64,000 nucleotides of DNA from the NCBI GenBank assembly GCA_012295275.1, contig CM022665.1, positions 10,354,001 through 10,418,000 of the forward strand, in the 5' to 3' direction. Positions 1 through 12,211 of this stretch are shown piece after piece. A model generated the notes under the pieces. The model did no database searches and was not told the origin of the DNA. It was given only the letters and a program-made list of their open reading frames with translations. This stretch comes from Chrysomallon squamiferum (Eukaryota > Animalia > Mollusca). Each line of letters begins with the position of its first letter. The first letter of the stretch is position 1. Both the position numbers and the translations under genes were made by a program.

Positions 1-12
1 TGGAAAGGTGTG

Positions 13-196
13 AACGGCAAACGGGCGTAGATAATTCCGCATTGTTGTTACACGTCCAGTGTTTCAAGGACGCATTGTCAAAGATTCGAGTTGACAATGT
101 TGTTTATGTGATGTATAAAGTTGCAGCTACTGTTAAAGCGAAATTCGGTTAAGGCAAGTGTTAACACGATGTCACAAGCATAAATCTACCGCCGTT
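13..196 (+). ncRNA. Structured domain: interrupted outer stem enclosing several hairpins
   Basis: AACGGGCGTAGAT 20-32 / ATCTACCGCCGTT 184-196; GCATTGTTGTTACAC 39-53 / GTGTTAACACGATGT 158-172; CGTCC 53-57 / GGACG 68-72; GCATTGTCAA 72-81 / TTGACAATGT 91-100. Confidence 0.5.
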
Positions 197-316
197 ACAA
201 ACAGGGGGAAATGAGTTGTGTGTCGCTGTAGTTTTGTTTTTATGAATGTTATTTCTTCTGTTATTATGTGAGGAAGATCTGATGACTGAAAGAAACTGTG
301 AAATACGTTTATATAT

Positions 317-318
<2 letters not shown>

Positions 319-367
<49 letters not shown>
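319..367. repeat. (CT)n microsatellite
   Basis: Perfect CT run. Confidence 0.95.
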
Positions 368-370
<3 letters not shown>

Positions 371-453
371 GCTTTATTTTTTCTAAAACTGAACCTCACG
401 GCTCCTTGAAGGGGTTGCTTCCACTGCAGACACGTCCGTTATTAATGAATTAC

Positions 454-840
454 AGGCCTGTACGTATGTTCAGAGCTTAATAATTAACTGTAGCCGTTAG
501 ACCTAACTACGACATACGTACGAAGGATAAGCCTCTTACAAAATGTTTGTAAAAGTTAAAAATGTCAGAACGGAAATTGTTTGAATTCCTTTGATTGTGT
601 TGTTTGTCTGGCATACATCTTGAAACCTCTTTTATTTTCTTCTGCTTATCTCGACTCATCTTTGACGAAAGCAGCTGCCAAAGCTTCTTACTTCCGATCA
701 AATTAAACGAGCCCGTCTAAATCCGTTTTACAGCGTTTTATCAAGATTTGTAAGTGCCGGGGTCGTTATTGTCAGTTTCCGTACACATTTCAGTAGATGA
801 TTAATCTGTGAAGATTAAATTCGTGATATTCTTTCACAGT
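454..840 (+). ncRNA. Structured domains (adjacent long hairpins)
   Basis: GTACGTATGT 460-469 / ACATACGTAC 512-521 (10 bp perfect); ACGGAAATTG 570-579 / CAGTTTCCGT 773-782 (1 G-U) enclosing CTGGCAT..ATCTTGA 608-623 / TCAAGAT..GTGCCGG 741-760. Confidence 0.5.
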
Positions 841-1290
841 ATTTTAAGGGCTGTTTTTGTTTTATTTATTTTTCTTTTCTTTCTTTCTTTCTTTTCTTTT
901 TTTTTTTTTTTTTTTTGATCTTAAAAAATGAACAGAAAATAATATAAAATAAAATTTAAAAAAATGTTGTTCGTAGATTTAAATACATAATTACTTTTTT
1001 TTTTTTTTTCCTAAAATAAGATTTTTATACTTTATTTCATTCTTTTTTCTCTCTTTGATTAAAAAAGTTAGTTAGTTTTCGTTTTGTTTTTAAATTATCT
1101 TCTTATACTGAAATGAGTCTTCCATATACTTTTAAATGTTATGATACTTTGATTTTTTATTTATTTATTTATTTTAAAGAAAAGAAGAAATAGAAAAAAA
1201 AAAATCCAAAAAGTACTTTTACATTTATTACTTCTTCTTACCTGCTTTTCAGTTTCTTTCAGTGAATATTGCATTTAGAAACTTCTGAAA

Positions 1291-1805
1291 ATTACTTTAA
1301 TAATATATTCAGTATCACGTTACAAAGGTGTTCAAGTAATATTTATGTTTAATATTACTTTAATAATATATTCAGTATCACGTTACAAAGGTGTTCAAGT
1401 AATATTTATGTTTAATATTACTTTAATAATATATTCAGTACCACGTTACAAAAGTGCTGAAACAAAATTTATGTTGACTATTACGATATAAAAATGCTGA
1501 ATGTTACGTGACAAAAATGCTGAATATTAGGTTTAATAATTAGTATGTTTTGGATATTACTTGTCCTTAATAGAACGACATAAATGTTTTGAATATCACC
1601 TTAAATGTTTGCTGGATATTCAAATGGAATTATACACTACGCAGTTCTTAATATTAATTTATAAAAGAGCTAAACATTACATTACAAATGTATTGAATAT
1701 TAAATTATAAAATGTGCTGAATATTAAGTTACAAAAGTTCTGTTTATTACGTTACAAACAGAAATAAATATTACGCTGAATAGTTGGTCACAAAAGTGCT
1801 GAATT
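1291..1805. repeat. 63-bp minisatellite (~2.5 near-perfect copies) decaying into ~21-23-bp AATATTACGTTACAAAAGTGCTG-like subunits
   Basis: ATTACTTTAATAATATATTCAGTA recurs at 1291, 1354 and 1417; degenerate subunits continue to ~1805. Confidence 0.85.
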
Positions 1806-1860
1806 GTGCATTCAGACTGGTGCTAAATATACACTATCTAGGAGACTCAGATTCAAGTGG

Positions 1861-2014
1861 CTGTCACAATGTGAGATATTAGCCTATGTAATATTGCACA
1901 TACAAGCAATTATTAACTTACTATCAATTGATCTGAAGTGTTTGTGACAGGCGACTCTTCTCTTAAACTTCCTCGATCGCCCGTATGTGTTTGGTCACAT
2001 TATTATTATGTGAC
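1861..2014 (+). ncRNA. Structured domain
   Basis: CTGTCACAA 1861-1869 / TTGTGACAG 1942-1950 (9 bp perfect); GTCACAT 1994-2000 / ATGTGAC 2008-2014. Confidence 0.4.
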
Positions 2015-2461
2015 GTTAACGTCAAATACAGCCTGAAGCCAAAAGTATCAAGATTGCGTGAACCTGCAATATGCCTGACGGTCTTTTTATTTTTTTTATT
2101 TTTCGAAAATGCAATTAAATAAATAAACCTTAGAGGCATAGCCCTGGAGCATGTTAAAATCGGTATATCTCTATACCAGAAGGCTTTAGCGCGAACAATC
2201 TATAGTCCGTGCAGTTCTGTGTTTGTCGTAGTGTTTGTTTGGTTTTGTATCAGACGCTGATAAAGCTAGTTTGTAATACTTGAAGTAACAACAAGGATTA
2301 ACACTCGCATGTCACAGCTCTGGGTCCTGAAAACAAATTAAAAGCAAATCACAATTCTAAACAGAATACTTTTTTGTTTTTGTTTTTTTAAGAAAAGAGA
2401 GGGAAAATGCCTATATACAGATAGATTACATGTACAAATCCATATAACCACCCACCCGCCA

Positions 2462-2526
<65 letters not shown>

Positions 2527-2545
2527 CATACATCTATACATACAC
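2462..2545. repeat. (ACATAT)n hexamer microsatellite
   Basis: Tandem ACATAT units. Confidence 0.9.
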
Positions 2546-2633
2546 AGGTGGATATAAACAGATACACGTACTTATTTTTAAGTGGACTAAGAAAAATCCC
2601 ATTTACTTTCCTTTTATATTTATTATTATTTCT

Positions 2634-2830
2634 GTCGTGCTAAATATTTCGTGTCAGAGATAGAATGTGTCCAGTGGTAAGTGGCTTGGACATAGTGAAT
2701 TATGTCTTGACCACCTGTGGACTCATTTGTTCCAGTGGTCATCCGATGAAAGATAGACGAATACACGTCACCAGAGGAACACGGAACACGTGCACGGTGT
2801 ATTATATCCGACACCTGTTAAATACACGAC
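2634..2830 (+). ncRNA. Cloverleaf-like domain: interrupted outer stem plus three hairpins
   Basis: GTCGTG 2634-2639 / CACGAC 2825-2830; GTGTC 2651-2655 / GACAC 2810-2814; TGTCCA 2668-2673 / TGGACA 2687-2692; TGACCAC 2708-2714 / GTGGTCA 2735-2741; AATACAC 2760-2766 / GTGTATT 2797-2803. Confidence 0.55.
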
Positions 2831-3431
2831 TTAACATGACCGGCCAGTTATTTGGAAGACAGCTAATAAAAATACAAATGTGTACAACAAATATATTTAC
2901 AATGGTGTGGGTTTCTGTCTAGGTGTTTATTAAGTGTTTAGTAAATTTACAAAAACGAAATTCTCACGAAAGAAGTGAAAAGAGTTATTGAATGTTATAC
3001 GAGATAGTTTCACTCTCTGTTCTGAACTAAGCCCTCCTTTCTTTTATTTTTATTTTTTATTTTTTTATTTTTACCGAATTTTAATACTTAATGTTTTGTT
3101 AACAAGCGCAGCTGCTTCGTAAAATAAGGCTAAAGCACAACAACAACAGACACAAAAACAGCAAACAAACAAACAAAAAAAAAACCCTTCATCAAACCAA
3201 AAATAAATTAAATTATAGCCAAAACAAAAAATAAAACAAAAAATAAAACTAAAACTAAAAACGAAACGAAACAAAATGATTTAACATAAATAAAACAACA
3301 AATAAACTATCAAATAAGTAACAAGCAGAAGAAGAAAAATCCAGATGTAAATCTATCTACATATATACACATACACACGCAAACTCAAACACATACGCAT
3401 AAACGCATGGACGCACGCACGGAGTCGTACA

Positions 3432-3893
3432 CACAGATCATGTTTTACGGACAAATAGCGACGAAGGAAACAAACGAACAGATATCTCGTTTATTTTAAT
3501 TACATTTTTTCTTTCTTCTGAAACTGTAAACTTTTTTCACGGCTTGCCTGAACGTTTAGATCCGCGACATGCAGTTTACAGTATCTGTGAGATACCCCTA
3601 GACAGTCGGATGGTTGCATGAACGGATGAATGAGTAGATATAAGTGAATGCTTGTTTGCATTTTTCACTGAGCGGAGGGTTGCAGTATAATCACATTAAA
3701 AGAAAGAAATATATACAAGTCCGGACCGAATCAGGAGCATCTTTCCATTGTCGCGTGTTTTTGAAACCCTCCAATTACTTGACAAAGTGTCAGTTTAGCG
3801 TAGCTAACCACTGTCCCAATCTTTCTGCTTGTCAAAGCTCATTGCTTCATTTCTGACAAAAACAGTTTTAACCTTCGTGTGCCCCTCCGTTCA
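3432..3893 (+). ncRNA. Two structured domains
   Basis: CACAGAT 3432-3438 / ATCTGTG 3583-3589 enclosing ACTGTAAACT 3523-3532 / AGTTTACAGT 3573-3582 (10 bp perfect); TGAGCGGAGGG 3669-3679 / CCCTCCGTTCA 3883-3893 (11 bp, 1 G-U). Confidence 0.5.
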
Positions 3894-4078
3894 ACCACTT
3901 TGCCATACAATTAAACACATGTATACATTTGGCGAACTGAAACGCATAGCTAAACGATCGTACATTCCTGTTACGCATAGAGAAACTTAAAAAAAAAAAA
4001 AAGAGTGAAAAAAAGTGACTGAAATAGTTACAAGTTCATTGGGTCTCACTCAAGATATGTGTAATTTCAACTTTTACT

Positions 4079-4319
4079 TGTCTTCTTTTATTCAAACAAT
4101 CTCGACATTCTTTGACAAATATGACAGGTAACTAGGTGAAACAAGGGTCATATCCACACCCCTCGTATTTTCATGGAAGGGTTTTTTTTCTCTTTTCTCT
4201 CTCTCTCTGCCGTTCAATTGAACTAACATGGAAAAATGAAAATTGTGTATGTTTTCTTGACATGCATTACAAAAGAGACGAGCAAGTGTCAGAGTGAATT
4301 AACGTATTGTAGAAAGACA
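4079..4319 (+). ncRNA. Cloverleaf-like domain
   Basis: TGTCTT 4079-4084 / AAGACA 4314-4319; CTTTGACA 4110-4117 / TGTCAGAG 4287-4294; ATATGAC 4119-4125 / GTCATAT 4147-4153; ATTTTCAT 4167-4174 / ATGAAAAT 4236-4243. Confidence 0.5.
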
Positions 4320-4794
4320 CCGTGACATGTCGCTTTGTAACGCCTAATTTACTTTTTATGATTATCTCCGCAGATTTACACTTATCAACACGTATAAAGT
4401 TCGAACGTACGACAATGAGTACATGTTAACCTTTCCTTTCTTTAATGCCGCCTTACACAGTGGTCGACTCTTGTCTACTTGTGTCTGTCTACGAGTCTAC
4501 GAGTCTATATCTACTTGTTTCTCTCTGCTACTCTGTATCAACGGATCATCGCATCTGTCTCTCATTTTTGCCCTGTTTTTTCCACTTTCATTCTTTTCAT
4601 GTGTTCGTATCATCTCGTCCATCCTTTCTTTGTTCCTTCTCGCCCATCCAACCATCTCTTTGTCTTTCTGTCTATCTAGAATTACTTATTAAACTGTACC
4701 GAAACATTCTCAGATATATGCATAAATTCCCTTTACATTCGCTGATTCGGACCTTTCTTTGTTCGTTATGCATTTATTCCTTTATTATTGCCTG

Positions 4795-4885
4795 TATACA
4801 AACATACAAACACAGATAAACACACACACACACACACACACATACAAACACAAACACACACAAACATGGGTATATATATATATAG

Positions 4886-4951
<66 letters not shown>

Positions 4952-4980
4952 ATACATATGTATATATATATATATATAGG
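4795..4980. repeat. Compound (CA)n-(TA)n-(TG)n microsatellite
   Basis: Direct reading; source of the HT/YI/VC pseudo-ORFs. Confidence 0.9.
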
Positions 4981-5116
4981 TGTTTATGTATCTGTTTATA
5001 CATTACATTAATTCAGTTTTCAGTTTAATAAATAGTCATAGTATTTTATTAATCAGGTCAAAATCTTTTCGCCATTTCCTGCGAGTAAAATCGCCCTGGG
5101 CCACTATCAGACAGCG

Positions 5117-5327
5117 AGGACTACATTTGTGATTTAAGACACGTTTAAGTGTTCACTATTTTGGATGGAAACTTTATTTCAGTTCACTACAGACTCACTG
5201 ACCTTTTGGTCATTGATTCATGAATGAATGAATATTTTGTTGACGATAAATCAGCTGATTAATCTGGTAATATTGTTTGATGTTGTGTTTTGAGTACACG
5301 AGAGAAGAACCTCCATTGATCAGTCCT
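5117..5327 (+). ncRNA. Structured domain
   Basis: AGGACT 5117-5122 / AGTCCT 5322-5327; TTAAGACACG 5134-5143 / TGTGTTTTGA 5284-5293 (10 bp, 3 G-U). Confidence 0.4.
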
Positions 5328-5344
5328 GTCGTAAATGACTTTTA

Positions 5345-5410
5345 TATATGTATGTATGTATGTGTGTGTGTGTGTGTGTATATATATGTATGTGTGTGTG
5401 TGTGTGTGTG

Positions 5411-5462
<52 letters not shown>

Positions 5463-5610
5463 TGCCTGTCTGTCTGTACATAAAAATGAACGAATATATA
5501 AATTACCACACTACACTGCCTGGTATAGCTAATAATGATGATGATGATGATGATGATAATAATAATAAGAAGAAGAAGAAGAAGAAGATCAACAACAACA
5601 ACAACAACAA
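5345..5610. repeat. (TG)n tract followed by compound (GAT)(AAT)(AAG)(AAC) trinucleotide runs
   Basis: Direct reading. Confidence 0.9.
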
Positions 5611-6403
5611 AATTATACAGTCAAATAACAAAATCCCAGAAAAATGAATAAAACCACAAAAACAAAATAAACAAACAATCAAATGGATATAAACAGACAA
5701 AAATGTACCTAATAAAAACTTTATTTGTTTTACATTATCTCTCTTTTTCTCTCTGTGTATATATATATATATAATATTATATGTACATTCGCGCCTTATT
5801 TTTAAATTTAAATGCCACTCCTGAAGCGTGTTGCAACACGTTTAAAAACAGCGGAAAGTTCAGGCGTGCTTTGCGACGATTCCCTTGTTTCCTTATATAG
5901 GTTATTACTCGTCTTCTGTGTAAACACAAACGCCGCCAGTACGTTTAATTTCTTACGTCGAGTTCCCCAAACAGCGACAGACGTGTCCAGACTTGTCACT
6001 TTATCACATCCCCCGTGACTCCCGTTTATGAATAGGCTGATAGAAGATAACATGAACTTTCTATTTAAGTAACTGAAAACCGTAAAGACTGCTTGTATGG
6101 TAAAGTTCAGTTTAATGATGGTTTGGTTTTGGTTTAGATGTATCGACGTGCTAGTGTGGGTGTGTGTGTGTGTGTGTGTGCGTGCGTATGTGTGAGTGTA
6201 ATTATGTATGTTAGACAGATTTTATAGATGAAATTAAAAAAACCTGAATACATGTGGTACAAATACATTAAGTTCATTTACGTACATTACACACACACAC
6301 CCACACACACACACACACACACTTACAAAAAACAAACAAACAAAAAACCAAACAACCTCAGCAGTTTTATATCTTAAAAGTTAGTTTTATTATTCTGTCA
6401 TTA

Positions 6404-6546
6404 TTATGGCGAGTACACGTTTGATAGATAAATAAACCCAGTTTTTACGTGCAGGTGTATATAGATAATGTTAGTTCATGTACATTTATCCTCACAGGTT
6501 TTTTTTAGATAGCAATATTAGTCTGTTTAAATGTATCACGCCATAA
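6404..6546 (+). ncRNA. Structured domain
   Basis: TTATGGCG 6404-6411 / CGCCATAA 6539-6546 (8 bp perfect), continuing inward as TACA..ATAGAT / GTCTGT..TGTA. Confidence 0.45.
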
Positions 6547-7841
6547 ATTTAAAGATTACAGCTTTTCGCTGCATTCATTTGTAAACGTGTCCAGACGGTC
6601 GTGTAGATATAAATTTTAACTGTAACTAACAGATTTTCTTCTGTTGTACGAAACTAATGTTACAGTCTCTGAAGTGATAATACTGTGTGTATATGTGTTT
6701 GTATGAGTGTGTGTCAGTCTGACTGTCTGCCTGTCTGTATATCTATCTGTCTGTTAATCTATATGTCTCTCTCTGTGTGTGTGTGTGTGGGGGGTGAGTG
6801 GGGGTTTGGATGTATCCTGGTAAAAAGGTCAAAGGTGAAACAATGAGAAGAAAAATAAACAACAGGAAAAAAGGTATCAGGAAAAGGTATCAGGTGTATT
6901 TGTGTGTGGTGTGTGTGTATGTGTGTGTGTGTGTGTGTGTGTGCATGTGTGTATGTGTGTATGTGTGTGTGTATGTGTGTATGTGTGTGTGTATGTGTGT
7001 GTGTGTGTGATATGCATCATGTGTGTATATAGATATATATATGTATAATGTATATCGTATAAATTTTCGTATGACAATCAACGTAAGTAATAAAATGATA
7101 CTGAGCCATTCCACATTTAATATAAAAACATTTTAAAACTTAAAAAAAAAATAATAATAATAAATAAATTTAAAAAAAGACAAATAATTGTAAACAATGC
7201 GCGATATTAAGGAATAATATTTAATGTGAGAAAACTAAAATGACGAAAGAAAATGTTATATACACAGTCACATTTCATTTCGTTTTCAACAGAATCAAGA
7301 TTGTCTAAATCTCATAAAAATCTTCAAGTGATATTATAAATGTTATTTCAGTTACTGTGATGCTATAAATTTATTTTATGTCTTGTTACATATATATATA
7401 AACACAATAAAAAAAAAGGCAGAAAAGTTTAAATTTATAGAACTAATATTTAAAAAAAACAAGTTTTTTTTTTTTTTTTTTTTCAAATTAATCAAATTTA
7501 ACACTGTCGGCTGTGAAAAAGATTTTGCAAACGTTCACACATAATATTAAAATTGTATGCAAGAAATTATTATTTAAATGTCACCAGTTAAGAACCAGTA
7601 GAATAATAATTCTGAAAAATCACAATTCTATAAAATTAATTCACTGATAAATAATTCAAGAAATTCATGAAAACTCTGTAACCTGTACTTGCTATAATGA
7701 TGTACACGAAATTCACTGCGGGGCAACCACCGATAAATTTTTACTTGTAATTCGCAACATTTCCATAAGCAAAGACAAATTATTATTTAAAATTCATAAA
7801 ACCTGTTTAACCATTAAGAAATTTATTATTATTATTGTTGT

Positions 7842-7885
<44 letters not shown>

Positions 7886-8066
7886 ATTATTATTATTATT
7901 ATTATTAACATTATTATTCATAACACCACTGAAAATACAGTATATATAATTTACAAAATATCATCAGTAAATTATTATTTGAAGTTCATTAAACTTCAGT
8001 AACAATTCAGAAACAAAATATCTTTATTATTTACACAATATTAAAAATAATGTTTAGAAGTATAAC

Positions 8067-8246
8067 GTACAAATATTGCGTGGTAACTCCCGAATACGGT
8101 AATTTTCTCTTCTTTGCACATAATCCCGCCAAAATGTTGGCAGACGTCAGAAATAAAAATAAATATGAGGAGGTGGCGGGAAAAGACTGCACCTAGACAA
8201 CTTGGCCTACTTTACAACATACGACGCAGCATGCTAAGATTTGTAC
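8067..8246 (+). ncRNA. Structured domain
   Basis: GTACAAAT 8067-8074 / ATTTGTAC 8239-8246; GCGTG 8078-8082 / CATGC 8230-8234; TCCCGCCA 8124-8131 / TGGCGGGA 8174-8181. Confidence 0.5.
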
Positions 8247-8354
8247 AAGGGCGTCCGTCTGGGTTTTCCCATTACAAATTTAGTCCGTCTTTTTAATAAT
8301 ACGTCCTGTATGAAAATTAAAAATGTCTGTATGTGTATGTGTGTGTGTCTGTTT

Positions 8355-8433
<79 letters not shown>

Positions 8434-8653
8434 AGCGTATGTGTAGGTGTTCGCTCACTTATATGTATTTATATAGTTATGTAATATATATAAAATTTGT
8501 ATGTATGTGTCAGTGTGTATATTACGTATATGCGTCTATATGTTATTAGCTTATTACGTATAGTGTATAAAATAAAATGTGTGTGTTTTAAATTATGTGA
8601 ATATACTATGTCTGTGCACTTGTGTATATAATATTTGTGTTTATCTCCATGTT

Positions 8654-8685
<32 letters not shown>

Positions 8686-9249
8686 TGAACAGGCTGTCGT
8701 GTAAATACTTTTATTATTTAATATAAAAATGTATGTTTGTTTGTGTGTGTGTGTGTGTGTGTGTGTGACTGTGTTTATCATGCCGTTTTTGTGTGAATCT
8801 TTACATACCTCTGTATGTATATAATTACGTATCTTTCTTTGAGTTTAATTTTTGTAAGTATATCTGCCTGTCTGTCTCTCCCTTTCTCTCTCTCTGTCTA
8901 ACGATCTAATTATCTATCAGTCTGCCTATCAGTATATTTGTCTGAGTGTCTGCCTCTCTCTGCATATTGTACATCTGTCAATACCGTACAGAAATGTATT
9001 TGATCAATCTTCAGAAAGTAAAACAAATTCATTTACATTGTGTATGCATTTCAATAAATCCAACACCAGAACAAAACAGACGTAATATATATCTATATCT
9101 ATATTTATATCTATATCTATATCTATCTATCTATATATATATATATATAATCTTAAATCAGCTTACGTATTCAAAGATAAAAAAAAAAAAACAAAATATT
9201 GTGCTTAAATAAATGAAAACAAGAATACGGGTGCCAGACAGTGAAGGCA

Positions 9250-9511
9250 GACGACATAATTTACCAGGCAATGAATCAGTCTAATGCTTTGTCTAGTATC
9301 TTTAAAACGAAACAGTATTCATACAAAGCAGTGCAGCATTAGCGATTCTGAAAATGAAGTCATTTCAAATAAAAGTACAGCCGTTAATGTGCAGATTAAA
9401 AGATTTGGTAATCCAAGGGACATAACCTAACTCGCGTGACATCATACGCTTACATAATAATCTGCATGAATAATCAGTGAGTGATATATACTCGGCTGTG
9501 CCGTTGTCGTT
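9250..9511 (+). ncRNA. Multibranch structured domain
   Basis: GACGACA 9250-9256 / TGTCGTT 9505-9511; CTAATGCT 9281-9288 / AGCATTAG 9335-9342; GTACAGCCG 9375-9383 / CGGCTGTGC 9493-9501; GTGCAGATTA 9389-9398 / TAATCTGCAT 9458-9467. Confidence 0.55.
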
Positions 9512-9529
9512 GTTAGAAGAAGCTGTCGT

Positions 9530-9700
9530 TCGGTGGTTAGGGTGCGTAGTCGATTAAGGCGTAATGGAACGCAGGATCGGTTCTATACCGTGCGTCAATA
9601 TGGGATATTTCCCGTTACTGCCAGAGCTCCGTAAATATCACGTAAAAAGATACACATGTAAAAAGTCCTTTGCTTTTAAAGGAAGTTCTTGCAATAGAGA
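9530..9700 (+). mobile_element. Decayed tRNA-derived SINE copy
   Basis: A-box-like TCGGTGGTTAGGG, B-box-like GGATCGGTTCT, then TTCCCGTTACTGCCAGAGCTCC, which resembles the reverse complement of ~43570-43595. Confidence 0.5.
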
Positions 9701-9824
9701 CGGTTGTTGTTGTCATGCACTGTATATGTATATATATATTAAAATTGTTATTAAAATGAGCTGATATGTTGAGAAACAAAATATTCATTCTTTCTTTTAT
9801 CGTTGATTTCTTTCTCTGTGTTTC

Positions 9825-9879
<55 letters not shown>

Positions 9880-10041
9880 AAGAAAATATAAAATTGATTA
9901 GTCTAATACAAATTATTCTTATATTGACAGGAATATAAAAATGAATTTATTCTGTTTGCATTTAAAATATAACTACAACAACAACAACAACAATAATAAA
10001 AATAATAATAATAATGCTTTGTTATTTTGGGCGACTACGTT

Positions 10042-10852
10042 GCGAGTCTATACCATTTTATTACGACGTATCACTACATAAAGGTCTTTCATAGCAAGCT
10101 TGCCTAGCCCGATTATTTGTCATCCACTACATTTTGTTGTGCGTATAGATTCGCTTTGATTTGCACAACATGGCCTAAAGTAATACACCAACTCGGTGTT
10201 TGGTTTTTTCGTCGATGAAAAAGATAACAGAAACAAAACGATAAAATCTCTTTGTAGAACAAATGTTTTATTTAACAATGCACTCAGTTTATTTTTTAAT
10301 TTACGGCTTTGTGGCGTCTTGCGTACCGTTAAGAACCACAAAAAAGGAAACCTTTCAATGGATTTTTCATTTTCGATGAGCAGCAACGAGATTTTTTAAA
10401 TTGTTCTTTGATAATCCGAGGTATTCAGCAGGCGCTGGCTAAGACAAGAAATAAATCATTGGGTCCTCTCCCAGGTAGACTTCCCAAACGACCAAACATT
10501 TTGTGAGGGGTGGGGTTGGGTTGTTGTTTTTGTTTTGTTGTTTTTTGACTGTACAGTAAGTAGTACGTTCTCCTTCTTTGTTATATTAGACTCAATAACT
10601 GGATGTTGTTGCCCTGACTGCTTTCCGTGCAGCTTTTCAAAATGTGCAAGTCTGCATATATCTGACAAGCCCTTTTCACTCTCTTTTCTTTTCTTATCTT
10701 TCTTGGTTTTTCCGCTGCACCGGTTTAGGACAAGCAATAACATCTAGAATAACTGGTCGGTCCGGATCTTAATCTCGCCAGGAGACAGACTAACATCAAG
10801 CAGTCGCGTGTCTCTCGATAAAAACTATTTTTGACAAGGCAAATGTCACAGT
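10042..10852 (+). ncRNA. Run of structured domains
   Basis: GCGAGTCTATAC 10042-10053 / GTATAGATTCGC 10143-10154 (12 bp, 1 G-U); CTGGATGTTGTTGC 10599-10612 / GCAATAACATCTAG 10734-10747 (14 bp, 2 G-U) enclosing GTGCAGC 10627-10633 / GCTGCAC 10714-10720. Confidence 0.55.
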
Positions 10853-11114
10853 CTGGAAAGCAAGAGGATATATATATATTTTTTTTTTCTTTTTAAAGCC
10901 CAAAGCTCATGAGAGACTACAAGTTGTGAAAGATATAGCCTGAAGCATAAAGCAATTTTTCTGAATGTTTGTCGTATATATTACCGTGTAGATACAACTG
11001 TTATTACAGAATCAATCCCTGCAATCGTCTGACGCAGTCGACCGTGTCGTTGATGTTGCTGATGATACATGTTCTCCGAGACAATTCTTTTTTTAATTTA
11101 AAATTTTAAAAATA

Positions 11115-11151
<37 letters not shown>

Positions 11152-11214
11152 TCTGTTGTTGTTGTTGTTGTTGTAGTTGTTGTTGTTGTTGTTGTTGTTA
11201 TTATTATTATAATT

Positions 11215-11450
11215 CAGTGGCGTGCCGAGGGGGTGGGGGCGAAGGGGCATTAGCGTGCAATCAGAGAAAAGAACTTAATACATTTGGTTGATTTATATTT
11301 AAATCGAATAAAGTGTTTATTTTATGTTTCATCTGTGTTTACGTATTGAAAATATCTTCCTTTCTCATAATATTTCCCTTATACTTGAGTCTTTGGGGCA
11401 TCCAACCAATGAGTTGGCCCCGGGCATCACCAGACCTCTGCACGCCACTG
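11215..11450. mobile_element. Non-autonomous hAT-type DNA transposon (MITE), 236 bp
   Basis: TIRs CAGTGGCGTGCCGAGG (from 11215) and CCTCTGCACGCCACTG (to 11450) match 15/16. Flanks TTATAATT / TTGTAATT match 7/8 as an 8-bp TSD. CAG termini with an 8-bp TSD are typical of hAT. Confidence 0.85.
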
Positions 11451-11582
11451 TTGTAATTATAATTATTATTACTGGATGGATGTAAGGCTGCACAGACGGA
11501 TTAACTTATGCAAATAAACAAAAGAGAAAACGAATATTCAAAACGAAATTTATTTAAGCTTGATTAGCCCAATAATTCTGAT

Positions 11583-11850
11583 GCAAAACATGAGATTAAA
11601 TTTTCAATACAATGACAGTTTAAAATTAAATTACATGTGAATGTCTTCAATTGTGTTCCCCACAAAGTCTGGTGTCTGTTGAACAAAACGAATCGCTTGT
11701 GAAAATGATGGGTATTTAATTTATCATTTGAACCGCATGCAGTCGTCAAAGATTACAGATTAATTATAATTAGTTATGCTTGACTGTCATCAATTAAGGA
11801 CGGATGAACTGACCTCCGGATGATGATATTCAAATTAGTGTATGTTTTGT
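11583..11850 (+). ncRNA. Structured domain
   Basis: GCAAAACATG 11583-11592 / TATGTTTTGT 11841-11850 (2 G-U); ATGACAGTT 11612-11620 / GACTGTCAT 11782-11790. Confidence 0.45.
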
Positions 11851-12211
11851 TGCGGCAAGTTTGACACAAAATTTTTAAACTAAAATAACCACTCTTATTT
11901 TATTAATAATGTATTTGTCTCTTTTACATAAGAAAGAAGTATAAATTATTTACCATAATCCGAAACGTAAATGAAAATATAATTAAATATGACAAGTCCG
12001 TGCCTTTAAAAGGGTGGTGAAAAAACCCACTTTAAATCTTCAATTTCCCAGCGAAACGTTATGCAATAAAATCAAAGCAAACAAGTAAATTGCTTTGGAC
12101 TGAATGTACGTGGCCCCTCTGCGTGTTGTAATGGGTATTTCATACTGCTTGAACTTGCAGTTAGAACCGACGACTGTGTAGTCGTTATTACTCAGTTGGA
12201 AACGACGACGA

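Noticed and set aside
270-310. Hammerhead ribozyme core (CTGATGA...GAAA), also at ~11059 and ~41482
   Set aside because: Could not build the three required helices around the core motifs.
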